A stretch of 64,000 bases of DNA from a virus (lineage: Duplodnaviria > Caudoviricetes), in IMG/VR virus record IMGVR_UViG_3300029288_000057, positions 64,001-128,000 of that record; one strand, 5' to 3'. Both the position numbers and the translations under genes were made by a program. This document shows, piece after piece, positions 9,365 through 18,495 of the stretch; position 1 is the first letter of the stretch, and every line of letters begins with the position of its first letter. Below the pieces are notes generated by a model, which was not told the DNA's origin, did no database searches, and saw only the letters and a list, made by a program, of their open reading frames with translations.

Positions 9365-9820
9365 TTATTTTTTATCGTTTATAATTTCTTCGAGTTCTTT
9401 ATCTGACATTATACCCCCCGTAATCAGAAACAGAATACCAAACAAATAATGTTTCGTTCTCTTGGTGCATTTTGTCCTACGCCAATATGAAACCAATTCA
9501 TCGTCTCTAAATGACGCTGAATATTCACCTTTGCTGATTGTGGTGTAACTATAAAACTGTTTGAAAGGTTTGAAAACACATTGAAAAAACATTTTTACTT
9601 TTATAACAAAAATTGAAGTTTTTACCAGTATTTTTTGAAGTCGGGGGGATTTTATTGCGTTGCTCCACTTAAGAACTATTGCAGCCATTGTCTCAGTACC
9701 CTTTAACACAATTAAAAACTGCTTAAATAATTTGAAATATGCTTTCCAACCCCCAAATCTTTGATTGAGGGTGTTTTTAAACGCTTTCGTGGTGTCTTTA
9801 CAATTTACTGTTGTTATCAT
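9365..9820 (-). CDS. Hypothetical protein
   Basis: ORF in 3-gene cassette. Confidence 0.65.
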   Translation of the reverse strand: MITTVNCKDTTKAFKNTLNQRFGGWKAYFKLFKQFLIVLKGTETMAAIVLKWSNAIKSPRLQKILVKTSIFVIKVKMFFQCVFKPFKQFYSYTTISKGEYSASFRDDELVSYWRRTKCTKRTKHYLFGILFLITGGIMSDKELEEIINDKK

Positions 9821-10100
9821 TGGTTTCGTTTATTTCTTCGTAATTACGCTTAAATTGACTTACAACCCAGTCCCTTTGGCTTCGGGAAAGGTTTGATTTC
9901 TTTAACTCAATTAAACCGTATTCTTTTACAATATCAACGTTTGGACGTTCACCGCCACCCCCACCAACACAACTGCCCTGCACCCCAAACAAAGAAACCA
10001 TAGCCATAACCGTTAACACACTCCTCGATTTTAGATAACTTGGAGTTTTCCGTTCTCTCTTTTGATAAAGTTTTCCGTTTACTTCAACTGCGTTTTCCAT
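9798..10100 (-). CDS. Hypothetical early protein
   Basis: Follows promoter at 10117. Confidence 0.75.
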   Translation of the reverse strand: MENAVEVNGKLYQKRERKTPSYLKSRSVLTVMAMVSLFGVQGSCVGGGGGERPNVDIVKEYGLIELKKSNLSRSQRDWVVSQFKRNYEEINETNDNNSKL

Positions 10101-10152
10101 TGGTTCTGTTTTGTGAATATATAAAGGAAATAAAACAGGAAAGAGGGAGAGT

Positions 10153-10557
10153 TTACCACTTCTTCCGTTTCTTTTCCATAACTATTTCTTTAATTTCTCT
10201 TGCGTGTTCCAAAATAACTTCAAAGAATTTATTTCCGTAGAAATCGAATTCATCACTGTTCAAAGGTCTGTCAATGGGGTAATCAATGACTTCATCCATC
10301 CTGTCTGTAATAATATGCGCCAAATAATCGTGAACAGGCATCGTGGCTTTTACAACATTTTCTGTTTCTTCATTTCGGGGCGCACCCTCACATAAAAAAA
10401 ACATAGCAAGTCTCTGCGAAATTTCAATATGATTGCTCGCCTTTTCGCCCCCATCTTCACGCCCTTTTGAATTGCACATCATATACCTGCAAATGTAAAA
10501 ATCCAACAGATAATGAAGCATCCAGACTTCTCTCTTTGTTAATATAATTCTTGCCAT
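10153..10557 (-). CDS. Hypothetical protein
   Basis: Cassette ORF. Confidence 0.75.
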   Translation of the reverse strand: MARIILTKREVWMLHYLLDFYICRYMMCNSKGREDGGEKASNHIEISQRLAMFFLCEGAPRNEETENVVKATMPVHDYLAHIITDRMDEVIDYPIDRPLNSDEFDFYGNKFFEVILEHAREIKEIVMEKKRKKW

Positions 10558-10562
10558 TGGTT

Positions 10563-10760
10563 TTATATTGTTATATTATAATATTTTGTTATTGCAAAAG
10601 CAACGGCAATAACAAATAAAATTAAACTTGTTATCAATGTAAGCCGAGACAAATCTTTATTACTGGTTACTCCTAAAACACAATAATAAAAAACAAATGA
10701 TATAGCCCAAAGAGCTGCATAAATAAAAGCAAATATCAATAAAAGGACTACTGGATTCAT
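10563..10760 (-). CDS. Small two-TM membrane protein
   Basis: Two hydrophobic helices; follows promoter at 10787. Confidence 0.75.
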   Translation of the reverse strand: MNPVVLLLIFAFIYAALWAISFVFYYCVLGVTSNKDLSRLTLITSLILFVIAVAFAITKYYNITI

Positions 10761-10823
10761 AATTTTATATTTAATTGGTTATACGAATATATTAAGCAAA
10801 AGTTTAAGAAAAGAGGGGAGAGT

Positions 10824-11510
10824 TTACATCCCTCCCAACACAAAGAAAAATGAATTTATATCAGCAATGTGTTTATAGTGTGTGAAAGTACCAGTTTCAT
10901 AGTAGGTAAATTTATCATAATCAAAATGATAATTAATTTCCATTATCTTGTTTCCTTTACAGAAAAACTCAACTCTCTTTACTACCATCTTTTCAGAAAA
11001 TTTATCATTACTGGTAAATTCCTTGCTCATTTTCTTATAAAGAACCGCATCCCCTTCAAATCCGCTTTTGTGATTAGATACGTTAAAAGATATTTTTTGT
11101 GCTTTCGTTTTGCATGGAATTGATTTAAAAGAATTTTCTCCTGTTTCAGTTTTAAAACATTCAACATGAAAATCATCTGCCAAATAATCTTCTGTTTTAA
11201 TTCCATCAACTATATAATCTTCCTGCCCTTTGGTGTGAGCAATCCTATTCTCAATGGACTTTACAAATCCCTGAATATTGTTGTTAAAAAAGGCTTTGGC
11301 AATCGAATCATCAAATCTTGACATACCCATCAAAATAGTGCCTACTTCTTCATATCGTGGGTAGTTGCTCTGTGCAATAGCATCAGCTAATGTAAAATTG
11401 AAATGATATAAATCATCTCTTTTTGTTCCTTCATCTTCAGCAGTACACGCTTCGAGAAATTCTTCGAGAAATTTATTTGTGAGGTCTAAAAGCCTTTTGC
11501 TTACTTCCAT
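10824..11510 (-). CDS. Hypothetical early protein
   Basis: Cassette ORF. Confidence 0.8.
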   Translation of the reverse strand: MEVSKRLLDLTNKFLEEFLEACTAEDEGTKRDDLYHFNFTLADAIAQSNYPRYEEVGTILMGMSRFDDSIAKAFFNNNIQGFVKSIENRIAHTKGQEDYIVDGIKTEDYLADDFHVECFKTETGENSFKSIPCKTKAQKISFNVSNHKSGFEGDAVLYKKMSKEFTSNDKFSEKMVVKRVEFFCKGNKIMEINYHFDYDKFTYYETGTFTHYKHIADINSFFFVLGGM

Positions 11511-11566
11511 GATATTTAATTTATTGATTGAATATATAAAGCAAATTTGTTTGGAAAGAGGGCGGC

Positions 11567-11935
11567 CTATTTTCTTATAATGAGTGTAATTGTTGAGGCG
11601 TGTTTTACATATATTCGTTTTGTTAAAAACGACATCCCTGTGCTATTCCCAAACAAATATGCGACATTGACATAAAACAAACTGTTTGCATGTTCAAATT
11701 TAACATATCCAAATCCCTGTTCGCCAAACCCCATATTGGGTTTGAAAATATGAACATAATCGTCCACCTTTACATCTGTTTTCTTAATTTCAGGAAACTT
11801 TTTTATTCCTCTGCTTTCGGTCAGATATTGCAAATACAAATCAACATCAAGTTTATTTGCTTCCCTGTATGAAATACTCTTGAAATCTTTATCGAGGCAA
11901 GCAAGCGGTTTTCCGTCCATTAGTTTTGTTTTCAT
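11567..11935 (-). CDS. Hypothetical early protein
   Basis: Cassette ORF. Confidence 0.75.
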   Translation of the reverse strand: MKTKLMDGKPLACLDKDFKSISYREANKLDVDLYLQYLTESRGIKKFPEIKKTDVKVDDYVHIFKPNMGFGEQGFGYVKFEHANSLFYVNVAYLFGNSTGMSFLTKRIYVKHASTITLIIRK

Positions 11936-12110
11936 TGTTTTGTTTGTTGGTTATAAATACATAAAGCAAATAAACGTGGAAAGAGGGAAAACTTACCTCC
12001 CCCCCCTTTTTCGGTTGTTCCGAATTATCTGTCTTGCGTTTTGGCTTTGGGGAGTTTGCCCTGTTCGGTGCATCCTTTGCGTTCTCCCGTGCCTTTTCGT
12101 GCTTGTCCAT
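11889..12110 (-). CDS. Small charged protein; true stop probably near 11993 (G8 tract slip)
   Basis: ORF reads through a promoter only because of an 8-G run. Confidence 0.45.
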   Translation of the reverse strand: MDKHEKARENAKDAPNRANSPKPKRKTDNSEQPKKGGEVSFPSFHVYLLYVFITNKQNNENKTNGRKTACLPR

Positions 12111-12111
12111 T

Positions 12112-12276
12112 TTATCCCCTTGCCAGTTTACGTCTCTGTTCTCTCATACTTGCCTTTATAATTGTGTTCTTTGTGCTGACAACTTCAGCAGAGCGAACCG
12201 ATACAAAGGTAAGGGAGAATAAGGAAATGATAATTACAAATAAAATGTTTGCGGATAATTCAAATGCTTTTTTCAT
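12112..12276 (-). CDS. Small membrane protein, 54 aa
   Basis: Hand-translated MKKAFELSANILFVIIISLFSLTFV...; follows promoter at 12306. Confidence 0.6.
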   Translation of the reverse strand: MKKAFELSANILFVIIISLFSLTFVSVRSAEVVSTKNTIIKASMREQRRKLARG

Positions 12277-12341
12277 AGTGTCTAAAATTTTTAATTGGTT
12301 ATGAATATGTAAAGAAATCCGTTCGGGGAAGAGGGAGACTT

Positions 12342-13301
12342 TTACTGATAAGCCACATCATCATCAAAAATTTCAAGCTCCAATTCTTCTCTTGCCGTCC
12401 TTGCTTGTGCTTGCGTCAATCTTTTGCCGCTGTTCGGGTGCAAATGCTTCATGTCAGCGAAAATATGAATCCATCCCTTTGCTTCAATTGTAGGCACATC
12501 TGATTCTAAAATCGTATGCACATATTCAATATGATTAGTATATTTACAATAATGCATTGTTCCATCGGGGGAGAGCCAACCCATCTTTAAACTTTTATCT
12601 GTGGAATCTTTTAACAAGTCCTGATAGTGTGTTGTCTTTGCTCTCTGTTCTATTGTATTAACCACATCCCAACTTTTCGCCTTAACAGTTTCGAGAATCT
12701 TATCTTTTGACCCAAGTATACACCAACTAAAGCCATTTGATGCTAAAAGTATTTGTGAGCCGTCTGCGTGCTTTCCTCCAAGCTCTTTCCAAGAAATTTG
12801 AAAATCCGTTTCGCTTGCACCAATGAATTGTTTTACCAATACAAGCGTTTTCATATCAATAGCTTTTTTTTCATTTACAATTATTCTGTAGCAAAATTCA
12901 CCATCTGAACCAACCCATTTGCCTATACGTTTCATCTCAAAATTCTTTGGTATGCTGCCCAAATCCCTTTCAATGTTTTTAGGCTCGGAAACATATAAAA
13001 CTGTTTCAAACCTCTCAAGGTTATTTTCAATCGTTTCTTCGGGAAAACCACTGTGACAAGGACGAATGAAAACGGGTAAACAACTATCGGGGAATTTAAA
13101 TTTGGTGCAATCCAAAGGTAATACCTTTGATAAGGTTTTACCTGCATCAGCTATGCCCCCTGGCAATATATCCAAACTGATTACTTTATCCATCAAAGAG
13201 CCAAGCAACCCCTCACCTGCCCCACAATCTACAACCACACGCCCTTTGGCTTCCTTTTTAATTATCGCTAAAAGTCCTTTGTCAATTTGACAGAATATCA
13301 T
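12342..13301 (-). CDS. SAM-dependent methyltransferase-like domain fused to a GWLSPDG...H phage domain
   Basis: VVVDCGAGEGLLG motif I; C-terminal GWLSPDGTMHYC...H. Confidence 0.55.
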   Translation of the reverse strand: MIFCQIDKGLLAIIKKEAKGRVVVDCGAGEGLLGSLMDKVISLDILPGGIADAGKTLSKVLPLDCTKFKFPDSCLPVFIRPCHSGFPEETIENNLERFETVLYVSEPKNIERDLGSIPKNFEMKRIGKWVGSDGEFCYRIIVNEKKAIDMKTLVLVKQFIGASETDFQISWKELGGKHADGSQILLASNGFSWCILGSKDKILETVKAKSWDVVNTIEQRAKTTHYQDLLKDSTDKSLKMGWLSPDGTMHYCKYTNHIEYVHTILESDVPTIEAKGWIHIFADMKHLHPNSGKRLTQAQARTAREELELEIFDDDVAYQ

Positions 13302-13396
13302 AGCAGTTTGGTTTTATTGGTTTATAAACATATAAAGGAATATGTTCAGGAAAGAGGGGATAAACCACATAGAATTGTTTCTTGTGGGGTGCGTAA

Positions 13397-13537
13397 TTAT
13401 TTTCTGCGTTTAAATATTGCCTGAAATATATATATAAGTCCTTGCATTATGTAATAAACTGAAACGAGAAATATTACTCCATATCCTAATAATCTACCAG
13501 AACTCTGTTGGTTTAAAAATTCAAATAGTGTTTCCAT
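13397..13537 (-). CDS. Small membrane protein, 46 aa
   Basis: Hand-translated METLFEFL...IFKRRK; follows promoter at 13561. Confidence 0.6.
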   Translation of the reverse strand: METLFEFLNQQSSGRLLGYGVIFLVSVYYIMQGLIYIFQAIFKRRK

Positions 13538-13578
13538 TGTAATTTGTTTTTATTGATTGAATATATAAAGCAAAAGTT

Positions 13579-13881
13579 TTAGGAAAGAAGGGATTTGTCT
13601 TTTCTTACACACCACGTCTGAGTGCAATTTGAAGTATGAAGATATTCAGGACGCCCTTTGCAGGAGATATAATTAGGAAATGTTTCTACATCTATTCTTT
13701 TAGCATTCAGTAAATTGTTTCCCACATTTTCGGGAGTTACCGAATATTCATACGTATTACCCCCCATCTTATCCCACGTAACAATACAATCATAAAAAGC
13801 TCTTTCGCTCTCAAATAATTGTTTTCTTATTAATTTGCCTTTTGCACTCGTTAATGTATATTCAAATTCAAATGCGTACAT
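13579..13881 (-). CDS. Hypothetical protein (start revised to MYAFEF)
   Basis: AACCAATAAAAAACGCAACC leader before ATG 13881. Confidence 0.7.
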   Translation of the reverse strand: MYAFEFEYTLTSAKGKLIRKQLFESERAFYDCIVTWDKMGGNTYEYSVTPENVGNNLLNAKRIDVETFPNYISCKGRPEYLHTSNCTQTWCVRKDKSLLS

Positions 13882-13900
13882 GGTTGCGTTTTTTATTGGT

Positions 13901-14143
13901 TTATAAAGATACTTTAATTTTTGTTGACAGTTCATCCAGTTCCTTTTTTGTTTCGTCGTCTGATACACTTCTTACTCTCTCAATCATTCGACCAATTTGG
14001 AACGCTTCTATTGGCGTTAAGTCTTTTGGTGTTTCTACAGTTTTCTTTGCTAATTTTCTCCATGTGCTTTCCTGTAGACCGTTTAGTGGTCTTGATGAAA
14101 AATTCTCATTCGCAAATTCTAATAATAATTTTGGGAAGTTCAT
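13901..14143 (-). CDS. Hypothetical early protein
   Basis: Cassette ORF. Confidence 0.7.
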   Translation of the reverse strand: MNFPKLLLEFANENFSSRPLNGLQESTWRKLAKKTVETPKDLTPIEAFQIGRMIERVRSVSDDETKKELDELSTKIKVSL

Positions 14144-14204
14144 AGTGCAAAGTTTTATTGATTGAATATATAAAGCGAATTTATTTGGAAAGAGGGGAGA
14201 GTTT

Positions 14205-14408
14205 TTAATCCAAAAACATTAATTCCTTTTGAATGCTTTCAGCTTGCCTGCTGTATTTTTTGTACATTTCTAAACACGCATGTCTGCCGTATGTATTGTT
14301 TTTGTCTTCACCAAAAAAAAGACGTGCGCAGAACCTTCTGCTGCTTATTACACTGTTTAATTGGTATTTCAGGTATATTCTTTTGAGAAATTTCTTGAGC
14401 CTTTTCAT
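14205..14408 (-). CDS. Hypothetical early protein
   Basis: Cassette ORF. Confidence 0.7.
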   Translation of the reverse strand: MKRLKKFLKRIYLKYQLNSVISSRRFCARLFFGEDKNNTYGRHACLEMYKKYSRQAESIQKELMFLD

Positions 14409-14466
14409 GGTATTTGGTTTTTATTGGTCGCTAAATATATAAAGCAAACAAAAATGAAAAGAGGGA

Positions 14467-14655
14467 TTAATTAAAAGAATGATAAATGTACTTTGCCCCA
14501 CGCCATGTTTTCGGAAGGGGTTGTATTCGTTCTGCGTTTACTTCCAGCCCAAACTTTTGATTCTTAAAATGTACCCTTTTGGAATTAATCATGTCAATAA
14601 AACAAAGTTTGGTTCCAGAATGAGTAATAACTTTTACATATTCACCGAGTTGCAT
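14467..14655 (-). CDS. Hypothetical protein
   Basis: Cassette ORF. Confidence 0.7.
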   Translation of the reverse strand: MQLGEYVKVITHSGTKLCFIDMINSKRVHFKNQKFGLEVNAERIQPLPKTWRGAKYIYHSFN

Positions 14656-14660
14656 AGCTC

Positions 14661-14906
14661 TTAGTTTTTAGGGAATATTGTATTAAAATCAAAAGTCTCA
14701 AGTATGGGTGCGTTTCCTGGCATTTTACCAGTTCTTCTGTTTATCCTTTGAGCATAAATAGTGTCGCCTTCAAAACCAAAAACCTTGTACAATATTTCAT
14801 ATTCTCTGCCAAAGCATTTTTTAGGAGAAGGAATAAGAAAAAAACGACCTGTTTCAATCCCTTTGTGGTTTGATTCAAATTTTATGTCTGAGAGTTTCCT
14901 GCACAT
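14661..14906 (-). CDS. Hypothetical early protein
   Basis: Cassette ORF. Confidence 0.7.
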   Translation of the reverse strand: MCRKLSDIKFESNHKGIETGRFFLIPSPKKCFGREYEILYKVFGFEGDTIYAQRINRRTGKMPGNAPILETFDFNTIFPKN

Positions 14907-14963
14907 GGTAATTGTTTTTTTGGTTAAATATATAAAGCAAAAGGAAATGGAAAGAAGGAGTGT

Positions 14964-15302
14964 TTACTCCCTGTATATAGCCTCATTGAGAAAGATTTCA
15001 AAGTCTTTAATAGCTATATCAACGTTTTCACAGCTATGAAAATTGTTCTTATGGTTTGGGTGAGATAACCCACAGAATTTTTTATGCTTCATGAATACAC
15101 TATATAAATTTTCTTGATGGTCAGGATTGTATAGGGTAACTTTTAACGGTTCAATTGCACCAGCGAATGAACTTTCATCTAATGGAATTTCATATTCACA
15201 GGCTTGTGAATTAAGACTGTGAACCTTAGTCCCAGCATGATTGAGTATGATTTTCTGTATTTCTGAAACGAATTTTATTCTGTCTTTTTTTGTATTTTTC
15301 AT
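14964..15302 (-). CDS. Hypothetical early protein (start revised to MKNTKK)
   Basis: Start placed downstream of promoter at 15326. Confidence 0.75.
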   Translation of the reverse strand: MKNTKKDRIKFVSEIQKIILNHAGTKVHSLNSQACEYEIPLDESSFAGAIEPLKVTLYNPDHQENLYSVFMKHKKFCGLSHPNHKNNFHSCENVDIAIKDFEIFLNEAIYRE

Positions 15303-15363
15303 AGTTTGTGGTTTTGGCTTGTTAAATATATAAAGCAAAATATTAAAAGAAGAAGGAATCGGT

Positions 15364-15603
15364 TTAATTCCACCCCCTCAGCTTTTGAACGTATTGGATA
15401 AACATAAACCTGCAATCATTTTCAAATTCTTCGTAGGTCATTGGGGCAAACATCTCACTATTGAACTTACCTGCGATAATGAATTGCATCATATTTCTTT
15501 TAACATCGTAACGGTAAGTCGTCTCTGAACCAACTACGTGATAATAGTAAACATCCTCTGTACGAGACTTAATAAGCATTGGTTGTTTTATAGACTTTTT
15601 CAT
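15364..15603 (-). CDS. Hypothetical early protein (start revised to MKKSIK)
   Basis: Start placed downstream of promoter at 15622. Confidence 0.7.
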   Translation of the reverse strand: MKKSIKQPMLIKSRTEDVYYYHVVGSETTYRYDVKRNMMQFIIAGKFNSEMFAPMTYEEFENDCRFMFIQYVQKLRGWN

Positions 15604-15644
15604 ACCGATTGTTTGTAAGTTTATAAAGCCATTTTTAAATAAAG

Positions 15645-15792
15645 AGGGAAGACGGGGTACCAAACCCGTCTTCCAAAACCAACTAAACCTAAACATGAAA
15701 AAACCAACTTCGCTAACTAATATTTTTATAACATGTGTATTTTCTTTTTATCATGCCAGAAACTTTTATCTGGCTCTTCACCTCTGGTTCTG
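15645..15792 (-). ncRNA. Putative small RNA cassette with U/G-rich tract complementary to AACCA-type leaders
   Basis: Own promoter (15797-15826), only a 13-codon ORF, ends in 10-bp hairpin GGAAGACGGG/CCCGTCTTCC. Confidence 0.4.
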
Positions 15793-15832
15793 GAGTTATA
15801 AAGAAACCTCTCCAGAAAAGAGGGAGAATCAC

Positions 15833-16210
15833 TCAACCCGTCGTTTCAATAACTTCACAGAAGTTTGCAGTATATAAGGCGGAATTAAGCAAAAGACTTT
15901 CATAAAACGACAGTGCTTTTTCTCTATCCTCAAAGTTTTGAAAGTAGTCTGTTAAATCTTTATCCCGCCCCTCAATAACATAAGCCACACAATATTTAAT
16001 ATGAAATGTATTCTTTTTTTTAAAAAACTTATCTATAAAAGTGTTAATTCCATAAGCTGCAAAAAGAATAAGCAATATAGAAACACAAAAAGAAATAAAC
16101 CCCGACGTTACGTCCCACACTGCACCCCACCCACCACAAATAGTAATGACAATTGCAACGGCAAGTATAATTAAAATAAGTCTTTTGGATATTAAAATTT
16201 CTTTTTTCAT
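15833..16210 (-). CDS. Two-TM membrane protein
   Basis: Hydrophobic N-terminal half. Confidence 0.75.
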   Translation of the reverse strand: MKKEILISKRLILIILAVAIVITICGGWGAVWDVTSGFISFCVSILLILFAAYGINTFIDKFFKKKNTFHIKYCVAYVIEGRDKDLTDYFQNFEDREKALSFYESLLLNSALYTANFCEVIETTG

Positions 16211-16261
16211 AGTGGTTAGTTTTTATTGGTTTATAAATGTATAAAAGAAAGGAAGGAAAGA

Positions 16262-16468
16262 TTATTTTGACTCGTTTAAATCAATTATCAAATGGGTTTT
16301 AGTTTCACTAATATTAAACGTTCTCCAATCTGAATTTTGCTTTTTCGTATTGCAAACGAATATTGTTGTTTTCCTGACATCATGCTCAAATATTGCAAAG
16401 CATTTTCCGTCTTGTATCGCATAATCTGAATAAAATGTTCCTTGAGGTTTTTTAATTCTGCGTTTCAT
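16262..16468 (-). CDS. Hypothetical early protein
   Basis: Cassette ORF. Confidence 0.7.
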   Translation of the reverse strand: MKRRIKKPQGTFYSDYAIQDGKCFAIFEHDVRKTTIFVCNTKKQNSDWRTFNISETKTHLIIDLNESK

Positions 16469-16530
16469 TTTGGTTTGTTTTGGTTTAACAAATATATAAA
16501 GCGAATTTATTTTGAAAGAAGGGAAGTTTT

Positions 16531-16809
16531 TTAAACATTAATAGTTGTTGTTATTGTTGTAATAGTTTGAATCTGGAATTGAGAATTTTCGTAAGTTTTT
16601 TCCCCTTCATAAACACTTTCTCTTAATTCCTGTATATGTTCAAGTGCTTGTTCATATCCATAAATATCAAGAGTTGTCTTTCCTCCTTCGGGGTTAAACT
16701 TTTTCCATCTTTCATCAAATTTTGAATATCCTTCTGGTGAAAAATAACCATTCATATCTTTAGTTTTTACAACTAAATATGTATTTGTTTCTGTTGTTGT
16801 GTCTTTCAT
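16531..16809 (-). CDS. Hypothetical early protein
   Basis: Cassette ORF. Confidence 0.75.
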   Translation of the reverse strand: MKDTTTETNTYLVVKTKDMNGYFSPEGYSKFDERWKKFNPEGGKTTLDIYGYEQALEHIQELRESVYEGEKTYENSQFQIQTITTITTTINV

Positions 16810-16877
16810 GGTTTCTATATTTGAATATATAAAGTAAATTGTTTCAAAAAGAAGGGATTTATTATTGACTTTTGGTT

Positions 16878-17183
16878 TTATAATTTACTTGCAATAGATT
16901 TTAGCAAATTATGGAACTCTTCAAAGTCTTCTAATGACTTCCGTATTGTAAACACATTACAGTAATCTTCTGCCTGCCTATAGGTTGTAATTTGTTCATC
17001 AACATTAAAATCATTCACATAAGAAACAAATTCCTCTTTGGTAAATGGGCGTAAAAGAATAATCATATCCACCCCGCCAGAAGTCCATATTTCTAATTCG
17101 GCAACTTGTGTTTTTTCTTCTTTGAACAAAGATACGTTAAACCCGTTGTCTTCAAAAAATTTGGTTAATTGTTTTATTTTCAT
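16878..17183 (-). CDS. Hypothetical protein (start revised to MKIKQL)
   Basis: Upstream extension overlaps a promoter and the tRNA-like element. Confidence 0.75.
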   Translation of the reverse strand: MKIKQLTKFFEDNGFNVSLFKEEKTQVAELEIWTSGGVDMIILLRPFTKEEFVSYVNDFNVDEQITTYRQAEDYCNVFTIRKSLEDFEEFHNLLKSIASKL

Positions 17184-17203
17184 GTTTGACAGTTTTTTGT
17201 CTT

Positions 17204-17291
17204 TTGCCCCACGAACAGGACTCGAACCTGTCACAGTATTATTTCCTGCGTTGTTCACAACATTACATTGTGTGCCTGACAAGACGTGGAG
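17204..17291 (-). tRNA. tRNA-like / pseudo-tRNA element lacking a D-arm (nominal anticodon TAA)
   Basis: Acceptor-like CTCCACG/CGTGGGG, canonical T-arm ACAGG-TTCGAGT-CCTGT, stem CACAA/TTGTG with 7-nt loop TGTAATG, long variable stem; no encoded CCA. Confidence 0.55.
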
Positions 17292-17316
17292 TGTAAGTAT
17301 ATAAAGCAAATTTATC

Positions 17317-17544
17317 TTAAAGAAGGAGACTTTTTTCACCAGCCAGGATTTCTTTCATTTCTTTAGAGCTTACAAAGTCAGCTCCTCTTGAAAATGGTTC
17401 GTCAAATGCTTTGATTTCTTTTTTTAATTTCCTTGCTCCACATTTGCATTCAAAGATTATTTCTCTTGTGTGAAAAGAAATATACATACATGCTATTGGT
17501 TTGCTGAAATTATGTATATGCAGCTTTTTAAATAATTTTTTCAT
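17317..17544 (-). CDS. Hypothetical protein (HxH...CxCG putative Zn site)
   Basis: Cassette ORF. Confidence 0.7.
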   Translation of the reverse strand: MKKLFKKLHIHNFSKPIACMYISFHTREIIFECKCGARKLKKEIKAFDEPFSRGADFVSSKEMKEILAGEKSLLL

Positions 17545-17576
17545 TTGTTATAGGTTTATTGGTTAAATATATAAAA

Positions 17577-17984
17577 TTACCGAAAACTTGTCCTGTATGG
17601 GTAGCTTGGCTGCGTTTTAGAGATTAATATTCCATACCTCCAAACTTCTTTTGTGTTTTGTTCATACCACTTGTTTATTATATAATGTCTTGCTTCAATA
17701 TGAGGGGGCAATTTATCAATATAAGAATTAACATTCAATTTATTAAATTCCTGAAACGTTATTTTGCTCCTTTCATCAACAAATTTTTCAGCAGCCTTCA
17801 ATGGACTTGGATAATTGCATTGTTTCAAAAAATCATAAACAGCTTGCAAAGATTTACCTTCAATATAAGCGTGCCTGTAAAAATCATCAATCCATGAATT
17901 AAAAATAAATTTAGGGCAGTTCAAATAGTTTCTTGAATAATATACATAGTCAATAAACTTTTCAGTGGGGTTTAAAAGTTCCAT
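17577..17984 (-). CDS. Hypothetical early protein
   Basis: Cassette ORF. Confidence 0.75.
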   Translation of the reverse strand: MELLNPTEKFIDYVYYSRNYLNCPKFIFNSWIDDFYRHAYIEGKSLQAVYDFLKQCNYPSPLKAAEKFVDERSKITFQEFNKLNVNSYIDKLPPHIEARHYIINKWYEQNTKEVWRYGILISKTQPSYPYRTSFR

Positions 17985-18054
17985 TTGTTTTAATTTTTAT
18001 TGGTTAAGTATATAAAGCAAAATTCCCTCCAAGAAGGAAACATTTGCTATTTTT

Positions 18055-18180
18055 TTACTTTGCCCTTACTCCTCTTTTACGTGCAAAAGTGGTATTCGGA
18101 TTGCCTTTTTCCAGTCTGATTGCTTCAGCAGTTTTGCGAGCAAATTTACGTGCTGTCCTGAGAATAGATTTGTCGTTCAT
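18055..18180 (-). CDS. Small basic protein, 41 aa
   Basis: Hand-translated MNDKSILRTARKFARK...; fills cassette after promoter 18207. Confidence 0.6.
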   Translation of the reverse strand: MNDKSILRTARKFARKTAEAIRLEKGNPNTTFARKRGVRAK

Positions 18181-18299
18181 GTTGTTTTATTTTTATGGGT
18201 TATGATTATATAAAGCAAAATTCCCTCAAAAGAGGGAGGTTTATAAAATAATTATAAATAAGTCTTTGTTTTTTTAAATTTCTTTTTTATATTTATAAT

Positions 18300-18495
18300 A
18301 AAGTTCTTTAAAATATTGCTGTGGTGAATAGGGACATTCGTTGCAGGATAAACAAAAAAACGGTGAGGCGTTGACAATAGTCAAGTCTGTGAAACGTTAA
18401 ATTCCACTATTAATTTGGATAAGTTCACGGGTTAATAACTAAAGTAAATTTTTTTAGAAAATGACCAAAAAGCCCCTGACTTTGGGGCTTTTTTA
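18300..18495 (+). ncRNA. Putative late-expressed structured RNA
   Basis: TATTTATA at 18290, boxA-like GTTCTTTAAAA, several hairpins, no ORF, terminator 18466-18495. Confidence 0.5.

Noticed and set aside
17204-17291. Functional canonical tRNA-Leu(TAA)
   Set aside because: No D-arm, G at position 33, no CCA; kept only as tRNA-like
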